A DNA stretch of 64,000 nt from contig JAZREF010000026.1 in assembly GCA_045660625.1 (NCBI GenBank), positions 49,342 to 113,341 on the forward strand, read 5' to 3'. Source of the DNA: Acutalibacteraceae bacterium (GTDB lineage Bacteria > Bacillota > Clostridia > Oscillospirales > Acutalibacteraceae). The notes under the pieces were generated by a model. It worked only from the letters and a program-made list of their open reading frames with translations, did not search any database and was not told the DNA's origin. Both the position numbers and the translations under genes were made by a program. Position 1 is the stretch's first letter. Each line of letters starts with the position of its first letter. This document shows positions 17,310 to 24,693 of the stretch, one piece after another.

Positions 17310-18743
17310 ATGAAAAAATGGATCAGTATTTTGTGCATCGTTCTGATGCTTTGCTCCGCCATGACCGTTGCGGTCAACGCAGCAGGCGCCGGTACCCAGG
17401 AGGACCCGGTTGTCTTTGCCGGAGCGGACTTCAATATGGTTAAAATCCCCGCGGGTGCGACCTATTACGTCAGCTATACCGACAGTTTGGGGAATGCCAA
17501 GAGCCAGATTAGCATCAACTCTTCCACCGATCCCGAAGCTGGTTATGTAGTGACCTACGGCGATACCGTAGCGAACAGTGACGCTGACGGCTTCTGCAAT
17601 ATCGTCGCCGCTCCCGACGCTAATTTCACCTACAACCTGTCTATCCAGAACAATTCCACCAAACAGATCAACATCTTCATTAGCTTCTATGCTATCGCTC
17701 CCTATGAGATTTCCGATCTACCCCTGTATGAGGGTGAGAACGCTGTCACTACCCTGGCCGCTGATACCACTCTGTACGCTTTTGAACCTGCCGATTTGGG
17801 TGTCTACGAGATCGCTGTTGACAAAGAGGCAGTTCTCTCTCACTGGAACGGTTCCGTCTTCTACGTCACCGGTTTGAACAAAGAAACCACCGCCGGCAAG
17901 CTGGAGGTCATTTGCAGCGCACTGGGTCAGTCTCTGCTGATTGGTTTGAGTGGCGTTGACGCAGCCAACATTACCATCACCAGAACTGACGACTACGTCC
18001 CCGCCGCCTCTGTAGAGTACGTGACATACGAGAACAAGCACACTCCCATTGCCGGCTTCAAGCTACCCGCTGGCGAACTGACCGCTGTAGACATCACTGT
18101 TTCTCAAACCGTTATTCTGGGTGCTGACGGCTATTACCACTATGGTGACGCCAGTGGTCCCATCCTGTATGTGGATATGACCGGCACCACCTACGCCGAT
18201 CTGTACGAGTGCTACTATCCCTCTGCTGCCGAGCCTGCCGACCGTCTGCGCGGCACCTATGTGGGCGAGGATGGCAAGAAATACGGATATGACTTCATCA
18301 CCGCTATGAAGGCCTATGCCGACGCCTTGGATGAGAACGGCTACTACTACCTGACCGAGGACCTGGCCAACTACCTGCAGATGTATGGTAAGGATCAGGG
18401 CTGGTACAAGGCTGAGTACTCCCCCTTCGAGATCATTCAGAGTGGCAACTTCAACGCCGACTCCGCTTGGCTGGTATCTGCCTACTACATTCCCTCTGCC
18501 GATGGCGACGAGCCTGTCACCCCCGACGAGCCCGATGTTCCCGACACTCCTGTGGACCCCGAGGATCCCACCGAGCCCGAGACTCCTGACACTCCCGATG
18601 AGCCCGTTACCCCTGACGAGCCCACCGACGACAACGAGGAGTCCGAGAGCCCCGAAACCGGTGACGTGTCCGCCTTTGGCGCCGTTGCTGCTCTGCTGCT
18701 GTCCTCTGCAGGTGCTCTGACCCTGCGCAAAAAGCACAACTAA
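17310..18743 (+). CDS. Island protein D (~477 aa): secreted, sortase-anchored wall protein with beta-sandwich-like domains + 'DGYYH' module + P/T/E/D-rich stalk
   Basis: The track start 17265 lies inside the -10 box. AAGGAGG precedes ATG 17310 (MKKWISILCIVLMLCSAMTVAVNA signal peptide). The C-terminus is SPETG + hydrophobic stretch + RKKHN, a cell-wall sorting signal. Confidence 0.8.
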   Translation: MKKWISILCIVLMLCSAMTVAVNAAGAGTQEDPVVFAGADFNMVKIPAGATYYVSYTDSLGNAKSQISINSSTDPEAGYVVTYGDTVANSDADGFCNIVAAPDANFTYNLSIQNNSTKQINIFISFYAIAPYEISDLPLYEGENAVTTLAADTTLYAFEPADLGVYEIAVDKEAVLSHWNGSVFYVTGLNKETTAGKLEVICSALGQSLLIGLSGVDAANITITRTDDYVPAASVEYVTYENKHTPIAGFKLPAGELTAVDITVSQTVILGADGYYHYGDASGPILYVDMTGTTYADLYECYYPSAAEPADRLRGTYVGEDGKKYGYDFITAMKAYADALDENGYYYLTEDLANYLQMYGKDQGWYKAEYSPFEIIQSGNFNADSAWLVSAYYIPSADGDEPVTPDEPDVPDTPVDPEDPTEPETPDTPDEPVTPDEPTDDNEESESPETGDVSAFGAVAALLLSSAGALTLRKKHN

Positions 18744-18754
18744 TAAACCCATTG

Positions 18755-18792
18755 TCACGGGAACAGACGCGCTCTGTTCCCGTGATTTTTTT
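18755..18792 (+). terminator. Rho-independent terminator after island gene D
   Basis: TCACGGGAACAGA-cgcgc-TCTGTTCCCGTGA followed by TTTTTTT. Confidence 0.8.
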
Positions 18793-18802
18793 GAAGAAAT
18801 AC

Positions 18803-18831
18803 TTGCAATTTTGTTGTAAAAGTGCTATACT
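18803..18831 (+). promoter_or_regulatory. Sigma-A-type promoter (extended -10) for island genes E(-F)
   Basis: TTGCAA, 17-nt spacer, TGcTATACT. Confidence 0.55.
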
Positions 18832-18886
18832 ACATTGGATTTAAACGGCAAAGATCAAACAGTTCAATATTTAGGAGGACAAATTT

Positions 18887-19318
18887 ATGAAGATGAAGTC
18901 TATGCTTCTGGTTGCTCTGTGCGTGTGTATGACCATCTGTCTGTGCGCTTGCGGCGGCACCAGCACCGGTGACGATACCACCGGCAACACCACTACCACC
19001 ACTCAGAGCACCACCACCACTACCATTACCACTACGACCACTACCACTACCGTGGATGACGGTAAGGTAACCTACTCCGTCACCGTCCTGGATGAGAACG
19101 GCGCCCCTGTTCCCGGTGCTTTCGTTCAGCTGTGCCTGGAGGCCTGCATTCCCTGCATGACCAATGCTCAGGGCGTTGCAACCTACCCCAATATGGCTGA
19201 GGCCGACTACAAGGTCAGCTTCATTAATGTGCCCGCCGGCTATGAGCTGCCCACCGACAACTTCTACTTTGAGGACGGCTCCTACGAGATGACCCTCACC
19301 CTGCAGCTGGCTGCCTAA
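18887..19318 (+). CDS. Island protein E (143 aa): small lipoprotein, Thr-rich linker + Ig-like domain with a CLEACIPC cysteine cluster
   Basis: AGGAGG RBS and lipobox ICLCAC. Poly-T linker. Ig-like VTYSVTVLDENGAPVPGAFVQL..NAQGVATY..YKVSFINVPAGY. Confidence 0.75.
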   Translation: MKMKSMLLVALCVCMTICLCACGGTSTGDDTTGNTTTTTQSTTTTTITTTTTTTTVDDGKVTYSVTVLDENGAPVPGAFVQLCLEACIPCMTNAQGVATYPNMAEADYKVSFINVPAGYELPTDNFYFEDGSYEMTLTLQLAA

Positions 19319-19328
19319 TCCAATCGTT

Positions 19329-19365
19329 AAACCGCTCCGCACAGTTACGGTGGAGCGGTTTTTCT
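19329..19365 (+). terminator. Terminator or attenuator hairpin between island genes E and F
   Basis: ACCGCTCC...GGAGCGGT followed by TTTTT, only about 30 nt before the F start. No separate promoter for F is obvious. Confidence 0.6.
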
Positions 19366-19394
19366 CTACCAGCGATCAGAAAGGACCTCCCGAT

Positions 19395-20417
19395 ATGTAT
19401 AAGCGCCTATTGTGCATCTGTCTTTGCAGCCTTATGCTGACCGGCTGCGGCGCGAACGCTCCGCAGACTGACAGCGTTGCAACTACAACGACCAGCTCCA
19501 CGACCACCACTACGCAAAGCACAGAAAGCCCCACCACTACCGTCACCGAGTCGACAACGCAGACGACATTGAACACGACAAAAGAGTCTACCACCGCGAA
19601 TCTCAGCGATGCCACTACTCTGACGACGACCAATGTAACGACAAATACTACGACTTCGGTTTCAATCGCTCCTTCCACCACTACTACGGATGCCAATAGC
19701 ATCACTTTCAAGGTGACGGTGCGTGAAAACGTGCATAAACAAACCGTCAGCGGCGTTCGCGTCACCGTATATGTGGACGAGAACGCTGAAAACTCCGGCT
19801 CCGCCACCACCGATCAGCAGGGTGTGGCGCGCATAGCGCTACAACGAGGCTCCAGTTATCGTGTGGAACTCGCCAATCTGCCCAGTGGATACGAAGCGAA
19901 TGCGTTTTACACCTTTGCCACCACCACCGCCAACATTACCATTCGTCAAGCCGCCGTCCAAGACGAGAAAGATCACAGCAAAGCCCAATATGAAGAGGGG
20001 CGGAAAATGACCGACTTTTCGTTGACGGATATCGACGGTAACACCTATCAATTGTCCGATTTGTGTGCAGAAAAGCAATTGATTGTGTTGGACTTCTGGT
20101 ACACCACCTGCGAGCCCTGCAAAATGGAGTTCCCCTACTTCGAATCCGCCGTGCAGAAATACGGCGATAAGCTATCCTTGCTCGCTGTCAACCCCATCAA
20201 TGATGACCGGGCAATGTCCGCACTGCGTCAGCAGTTCGGCTCCTCCATTACCTTCCCGATGCTGAAAGATACCTGCAACCTCTACCTAGGATTCGCGGTG
20301 ACGGCCTATCCGACCACGGTATTCATCAACTCCAACGGCGTCATCTTAGACATCCACGAGGGGGCCTATGTCAGCGAGGAAGCCTTCCTCTCCGCCATCC
20401 AACGATATCTGCATTAA
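19395..20417 (+). CDS. Island protein F (~340 aa): lipoprotein, Thr-rich linker + Ig-like domain + ResA/TlpA-like thioredoxin (CEPC)
   Basis: The track start is GTG 19350. ATG 19395 gives the lipobox MYKRLLCICLCSLMLTGC. The Trx module LIVLDFWYTTCEPCKMEFPYFESAV...AYPTTVFIN closely resembles B. subtilis ResA (FWGTWCEPCKKEFPYM). Confidence 0.8.
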   Translation: MYKRLLCICLCSLMLTGCGANAPQTDSVATTTTSSTTTTTQSTESPTTTVTESTTQTTLNTTKESTTANLSDATTLTTTNVTTNTTTSVSIAPSTTTTDANSITFKVTVRENVHKQTVSGVRVTVYVDENAENSGSATTDQQGVARIALQRGSSYRVELANLPSGYEANAFYTFATTTANITIRQAAVQDEKDHSKAQYEEGRKMTDFSLTDIDGNTYQLSDLCAEKQLIVLDFWYTTCEPCKMEFPYFESAVQKYGDKLSLLAVNPINDDRAMSALRQQFGSSITFPMLKDTCNLYLGFAVTAYPTTVFINSNGVILDIHEGAYVSEEAFLSAIQRYLH

Positions 20418-20423
20418 CAAAGC

Positions 20424-20462
20424 AAAAAGCCGTGCTGCTTATCGCAGCACGGCTTTTTTATT
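20424..20462. terminator. Bidirectional terminator shared by island gene F (+) and spoVM (-)
   Basis: AGCCGTGCTGC-ttatc-GCAGCACGGCT, flanked by an A-tract and a T-tract. Confidence 0.75.
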
Positions 20463-20550
20463 ATTCTTCTCGCGATTCCTTACGAATACCAAATAAACGA
20501 CGTAAAACACCGCTTAAAACCTTAGGGCTCTTCACAACCACCACACGCAT
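20461..20550 (-). CDS. spoVM: Stage V sporulation protein M homolog (29 aa, below ORF-track cutoff)
   Basis: My translation is MRVVVVKSPKVLSGVLRRLFGIRKESREE. B. subtilis SpoVM, as I recall it, is MKFYTIKLPKFLGGIVRAMLGSFRKD. The pattern K-x-PK-x-L-x-G-x-x-R-x-x-x-G-x-x-RK is shared. An RBS GAAGAGAGG lies upstream. The position downstream of thiN matches B. subtilis synteny. Confidence 0.7.
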   Translation of the reverse strand: MRVVVVKSPKVLSGVLRRLFGIRKESREE

Positions 20551-20567
20551 ACGATAACCGCCTCTCT

Positions 20568-20720
20568 TCATCGTCGGTCACACAGGCCGCATAGAATCAA
20601 GGCGATACCCAATGTGGCAATCACCAGCTTGGTTGGAAACAAAAAGCAGGCGAGCAAACCCACCCCAAACGAAACCAGGCAGATTTGCATCCCATAACCA
20701 TTTCGGCGTTGTCGTCTCAT
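20568..20720 (-). CDS. Small hydrophobic membrane peptide (50 aa), hypothetical
   Basis: My translation is MRRQRRNGYGMQICLVSFGVGLLACFLFPTKLVIATLGIALILCGLCDRR. RBS AGGGGGA lies about 7 nt upstream. It lies between thiN and spoVM. No homology recognised. Confidence 0.4.
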   Translation of the reverse strand: MRRQRRNGYGMQICLVSFGVGLLACFLFPTKLVIATLGIALILCGLCDRR

Positions 20721-20786
20721 GGCATCATCCCCCTATGCTACCATATTGTGCCTAATAACAAGGTATGCATAGAGGGGAAATCTGTG

Positions 20787-21416
20787 TTACTCTTTCGAGA
20801 AATACAGCATCAACAATCCCGATTTAAACGAGAGGCACGCATCCTCCCCCTCCCACTCGTTGCTGACGCACAGAGCGTCAAACGGAGAAAGAATGTAATC
20901 GGAAACAGAGTATTTGAACCCGTCCAAAAACAAGCCGGTCACATCACCGCCATAGGCAAAGAGGGAAACCTTCTCCCCCTCGCAGGCGGGATAAATGTAG
21001 CTGCCGGGAGTGAGCATATGAATTTCATTCCCACCATCGGCCAGCACGACGTCACACCCACGCCGCGCATAGTCCGCGGCCGTAGCCATAGCGGCCTGCT
21101 GATGGTCCAAGCGACCACCGGTGCAGCCCAATAACATGAAGGAGCGATAGCCCTTCTCATAGGCCAATCGCATCGCCTCTGCCGTGTCGGTGATATCCTT
21201 TTCGGTGGGAAGAGAAACACACTCCACCCCATCCGGCATAGACGGCACACCCAGCGAATCGAAATCCGCCACCAGCATCGCAGGGGCAACACCCATCTGC
21301 TCAGCCAATCGCCAACCGCCGTCAGCAGCCACAAAGTAATCATCAGGAAGCAAGTAACCGTTCAAAGCAGACGGATTTTCCACCGGTCCAGCAGATAAAA
21401 TCACACAGCGACTCAT
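20787..21416 (-). CDS. thiN: Thiamine pyrophosphokinase
   Basis: CVILSAGPV...VAADGG...ADFDS...EKD.TD motifs. ATG 21416 overlaps the rsgA stop by 1 nt; the track GTG 21428 is the alternative start. Synteny is with rsgA. Confidence 0.8.
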   Translation of the reverse strand: MSRCVILSAGPVENPSALNGYLLPDDYFVAADGGWRLAEQMGVAPAMLVADFDSLGVPSMPDGVECVSLPTEKDITDTAEAMRLAYEKGYRSFMLLGCTGGRLDHQQAAMATAADYARRGCDVVLADGGNEIHMLTPGSYIYPACEGEKVSLFAYGGDVTGLFLDGFKYSVSDYILSPFDALCVSNEWEGEDACLSFKSGLLMLYFSKE

Positions 21417-22297
21417 TACTTCTCCCACTCCTTCTTATCCTTCACGGCCTCATACATCGTCACATAGCTCTCATAACGACTAGTGGCAATTTCGCCCGCA
21501 TCCACCGCCTGGCGAACAGCACAATTCGGCTCCTTATAATGGGCGCAGCCGAAGAAACGGCACTTCCCCTCATAGGGTTCGAACTCACGGAAACAAGACG
21601 CCAACTCGTCCTTATCAATTGATTCCACTTGCTCCATATCCAAGGAAGAGAAACCGGGAGTATCCACCAAATAGCCGTCTGCCAAACGATACAGCGTCGC
21701 CGTACGCGTCGTATGACGGCCGCGCCCCAACTTCTCGCTGATTTCGCCGGTGGAGAGATCCAACGTAGGATCGATACCATTGAGGATGCTGCTCTTACCC
21801 ACACCGGAGTTGCCGGCGAACACGCAAATCTGTCCGGCCAAGCGGAGGCGCAGGGGCTCCAGCGTCTGCGGATCGGTCGCCGACACGGTAAAGCACTCTA
21901 AACCGGTGGAGTGGTAAATGCGCTCCAACTCGGACGGATCACCCAAATCGCTCTTATTGATGACGATAATGGGGCAAATCCCCTTTTTCTCCGCCACGGC
22001 AATCATCTTATCTAATACCAAAGTATTGGTTTTTGGATGGCATACAGAAGCAACCAGCACCAACACGTCCAAGTTGGCCACAGGCGGACGCACCAGCACG
22101 TTCTTCCGCTCCAGCACCTCTTCCAAAACACCCGTGCCATCCTCTTGAACCGCAATCACCACGCGATCGCCTGCAACGGGAGTAATGCCTTGCCGACGGA
22201 AGGCGCCTCTGGCGCGGCACGTATAGACCGCATCGGCGGCCTCTACATAGTAGAAGCCGCCGATCGAACGTACAATAATACCTTGTAACGTATTCAT
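21416..22297 (-). CDS. rsgA: Ribosome small-subunit-dependent GTPase A
   Basis: OB-fold N-terminus, circularly permuted GTPase (NKSDL ... GNSGVGKSS), and a C-terminal Zn knuckle CRFFGCAHYKEPNCAV. Confidence 0.9.
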   Translation of the reverse strand: MNTLQGIIVRSIGGFYYVEAADAVYTCRARGAFRRQGITPVAGDRVVIAVQEDGTGVLEEVLERKNVLVRPPVANLDVLVLVASVCHPKTNTLVLDKMIAVAEKKGICPIIVINKSDLGDPSELERIYHSTGLECFTVSATDPQTLEPLRLRLAGQICVFAGNSGVGKSSILNGIDPTLDLSTGEISEKLGRGRHTTRTATLYRLADGYLVDTPGFSSLDMEQVESIDKDELASCFREFEPYEGKCRFFGCAHYKEPNCAVRQAVDAGEIATSRYESYVTMYEAVKDKKEWEK

Positions 22298-22309
22298 TCA
22301 CTCACCCTA

Positions 22310-24649
22310 TTATCCTTCAACGGGAACGTCGCCCGCGTCCGCAGAACCGCCGCTGACGTACATCACGATGGTCGAACCCTCGACCAAACTGTCGCCTGCA
22401 TTCAGCTCTACGCCATCGAAGACGATGCGAAGAACCACACCTTCTGTGTAGCCGGAACCAACCTCGATCTCTTCCGTCACCACAAAGCCCAAGTTTTCCA
22501 AATCCGCGCGAACAATCGATGCAGATACGCCAACGGGGCTATATTCAGGCAAGGTAACCATCTTGATCGGCTTGGGAGTAATGCCCTCCAAATAGTCGTT
22601 CTGCGTCACGATAGTGGCCACACCTGCAACGGGGTCAATCTGCATCACGACGTAACTCTGGAAGCTCTTGCCGGAACCACTCTCGCGAATGGCCACCTCA
22701 AAATAATAAGGGGTCTCAGCGGGATGGTCAGTCAGATTGAAGGACAGTTTCTCAGTCGTATACTGGGGCTTAATGCCGCCGGCAAACTTCTGCACCAGCT
22801 CGCTGTTACCCTTGCCGTTGACATTGACCTGCACGTCGATCATCAGAGATGTGTTGGGCCAAGGCAGGTCGACAGACACGTTCTGCAGGCCGCTGCTGAC
22901 AATCAAGGTGATACTGACATCGGGAGCCAGCTTTTCAGGCAATGTTTCCTGACGGGTACCACCAACGGCGATAGCCATCACCTTGCCCTTTTCGGCAAAA
23001 GCCGTGTCGGTATAGTTCTCCACCTTGAAATCAATAATACCGGTAAAGCCTTCGTCAGCCAAGAATGCGGCGGCTTCGTCTTTGGCACGGCCAATGATGG
23101 GAGGAACGTCAATGGGCTCCACCGTAGAAGGGCCGCTACTGACGTACATAGTCACCTTTTTGCCGTAAGGATAAGCCTTGCCAAGTTCGATATCGATACC
23201 AATCACATAATCCTTGGCAATCTCACTGTTACTCTGGGCCACCTCGGAAACCTTGAAACCCGTGTTCTGCAACAGGGCGTGAATTTCATCCTTATGCTTG
23301 CCAACGATCTCCGCCTTCAAATTCAGCGAAATATCATCGGGGGTCGCGTTGTTCACATAAAGAGTGATGGTGGAACCCTGCTTAACCTCTTCACCGGCAG
23401 CGGGACGCTGTTTGAAGACTTCGCCCACGGCGCGGGTGGGATCGTTGGCATCCTCCCACTCGACTTTAAACTTGAAATCTTCTGCGTATTGGGGATTATC
23501 CTTGATCTCTTCAGCATACATCATGCCGATGAATTTCTCAACGCGGACCATCTCCGCCTTCTTCTGGAAGCGGTTCTTGAACAGAACCACGCCACCAACG
23601 GCAACACCCAACATCACCAAAATAATCGCAACAATGGAAATGGGCACCAGAGAGCCGAAGAAAGCACCCTTTTTCTTCTTTTCCTTCGGGACAGGGGCGG
23701 CAGCGCCATCCGTCTTCTTGGACTGCTCGGGTACCTCGCCACGGACGCGGGTGATGGCGTCCACATAGCGCGTGGGAGTCTCATCAACCATATAGGTGTA
23801 CTCGAACTTGATGGAGGGATTCTTCTTAAACTCATCAAAATCACTGAGCATCTCAGCAGCGGACTGATAACGCTTAGCCATATCCTTCTGCATAGCCTTC
23901 AGAGTGATCTGCTCCAGGCCCTCAGGGATCTCGGGATTGATGAGGTGAGGCGCCTTAGCCTCCGACTGCATCTGCATAATTGCCACGGACACGGCGTTAT
24001 CCGCCTCGAAGGGCAGGCAACCGGTCAGAATCTCATACAGCATAATGCCGACAGAGTAAAGGTCCGTCTTCTCATCGGTGATCTCACCACGTGCCTGCTC
24101 AGGGCTGATATAATGCACCGAGCCAATGGCCTTGTTGCCATCCACCGTGGCCTTCATATCGTTGCGGGTCAAACGAGCAATACCGAAATCGGTCACCTTG
24201 ATAGTGCCATCAGAAAGCAGCATAATATTCTGCGGCTTGATGTCACGGTGCACGATGCCCTTATCGTGAGCATGCTGTAACGCGCGCAAAATCTGGACAG
24301 AGAAGTGCACCGCCTCTTTCCAGCGAATGTCTTTGCGCTGGTCAAGGTACTCCTTCAGCGTGATACCGTCGATATACTCCATCACGATATACTGCAGGCG
24401 CTCGCCAAAACCAACATCCAGCACCTTAACGATATTCGGATGGTTCAAAATTGCAATTGCCTTCGACTCATTACGGAATCGACGCACGAACTCCTCGTTA
24501 TTGATAAATTCGTCCTTCAAAATCTTAACGGCAACCGTGCGATCGTCTACGGAATCGTATGCCTTGTACACATACGCCATACCGCCGACGCCGATCAACT
24601 CGCGCATTTCGTAACGGCCGTCCAGACGTTTGCCCAAATATTTATCCAT
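22310..24649 (-). CDS. prkC: Ser/Thr protein kinase with extracellular PASTA repeats
   Basis: Hanks kinase motifs (GVGGMAYVYKA, HRDIKPQN, DFGIA), one TM segment (about aa 335-357), and several PASTA-like repeats ending ...STITLYVN / VTMYVSSG / IVMYVSGG. Confidence 0.9.
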   Translation of the reverse strand: MDKYLGKRLDGRYEMRELIGVGGMAYVYKAYDSVDDRTVAVKILKDEFINNEEFVRRFRNESKAIAILNHPNIVKVLDVGFGERLQYIVMEYIDGITLKEYLDQRKDIRWKEAVHFSVQILRALQHAHDKGIVHRDIKPQNIMLLSDGTIKVTDFGIARLTRNDMKATVDGNKAIGSVHYISPEQARGEITDEKTDLYSVGIMLYEILTGCLPFEADNAVSVAIMQMQSEAKAPHLINPEIPEGLEQITLKAMQKDMAKRYQSAAEMLSDFDEFKKNPSIKFEYTYMVDETPTRYVDAITRVRGEVPEQSKKTDGAAAPVPKEKKKKGAFFGSLVPISIVAIILVMLGVAVGGVVLFKNRFQKKAEMVRVEKFIGMMYAEEIKDNPQYAEDFKFKVEWEDANDPTRAVGEVFKQRPAAGEEVKQGSTITLYVNNATPDDISLNLKAEIVGKHKDEIHALLQNTGFKVSEVAQSNSEIAKDYVIGIDIELGKAYPYGKKVTMYVSSGPSTVEPIDVPPIIGRAKDEAAAFLADEGFTGIIDFKVENYTDTAFAEKGKVMAIAVGGTRQETLPEKLAPDVSITLIVSSGLQNVSVDLPWPNTSLMIDVQVNVNGKGNSELVQKFAGGIKPQYTTEKLSFNLTDHPAETPYYFEVAIRESGSGKSFQSYVVMQIDPVAGVATIVTQNDYLEGITPKPIKMVTLPEYSPVGVSASIVRADLENLGFVVTEEIEVGSGYTEGVVLRIVFDGVELNAGDSLVEGSTIVMYVSGGSADAGDVPVEG

Positions 24650-24693
24650 AGCCGAAATCCTCTTCTTTCTGCATATAATCCGCGACCGAAAGG

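Noticed and set aside
18960-19710. Runs of ACC/ACT/ACG-rich near-repeats (also the Pro/Thr/Glu/Asp codon repeats at 18501-18644), which could look like tandem repeats or a CRISPR-like array
   Set aside because: They are in frame and encode poly-Thr or P/T/E/D linkers of secreted proteins. There is no regular repeat-spacer periodicity.
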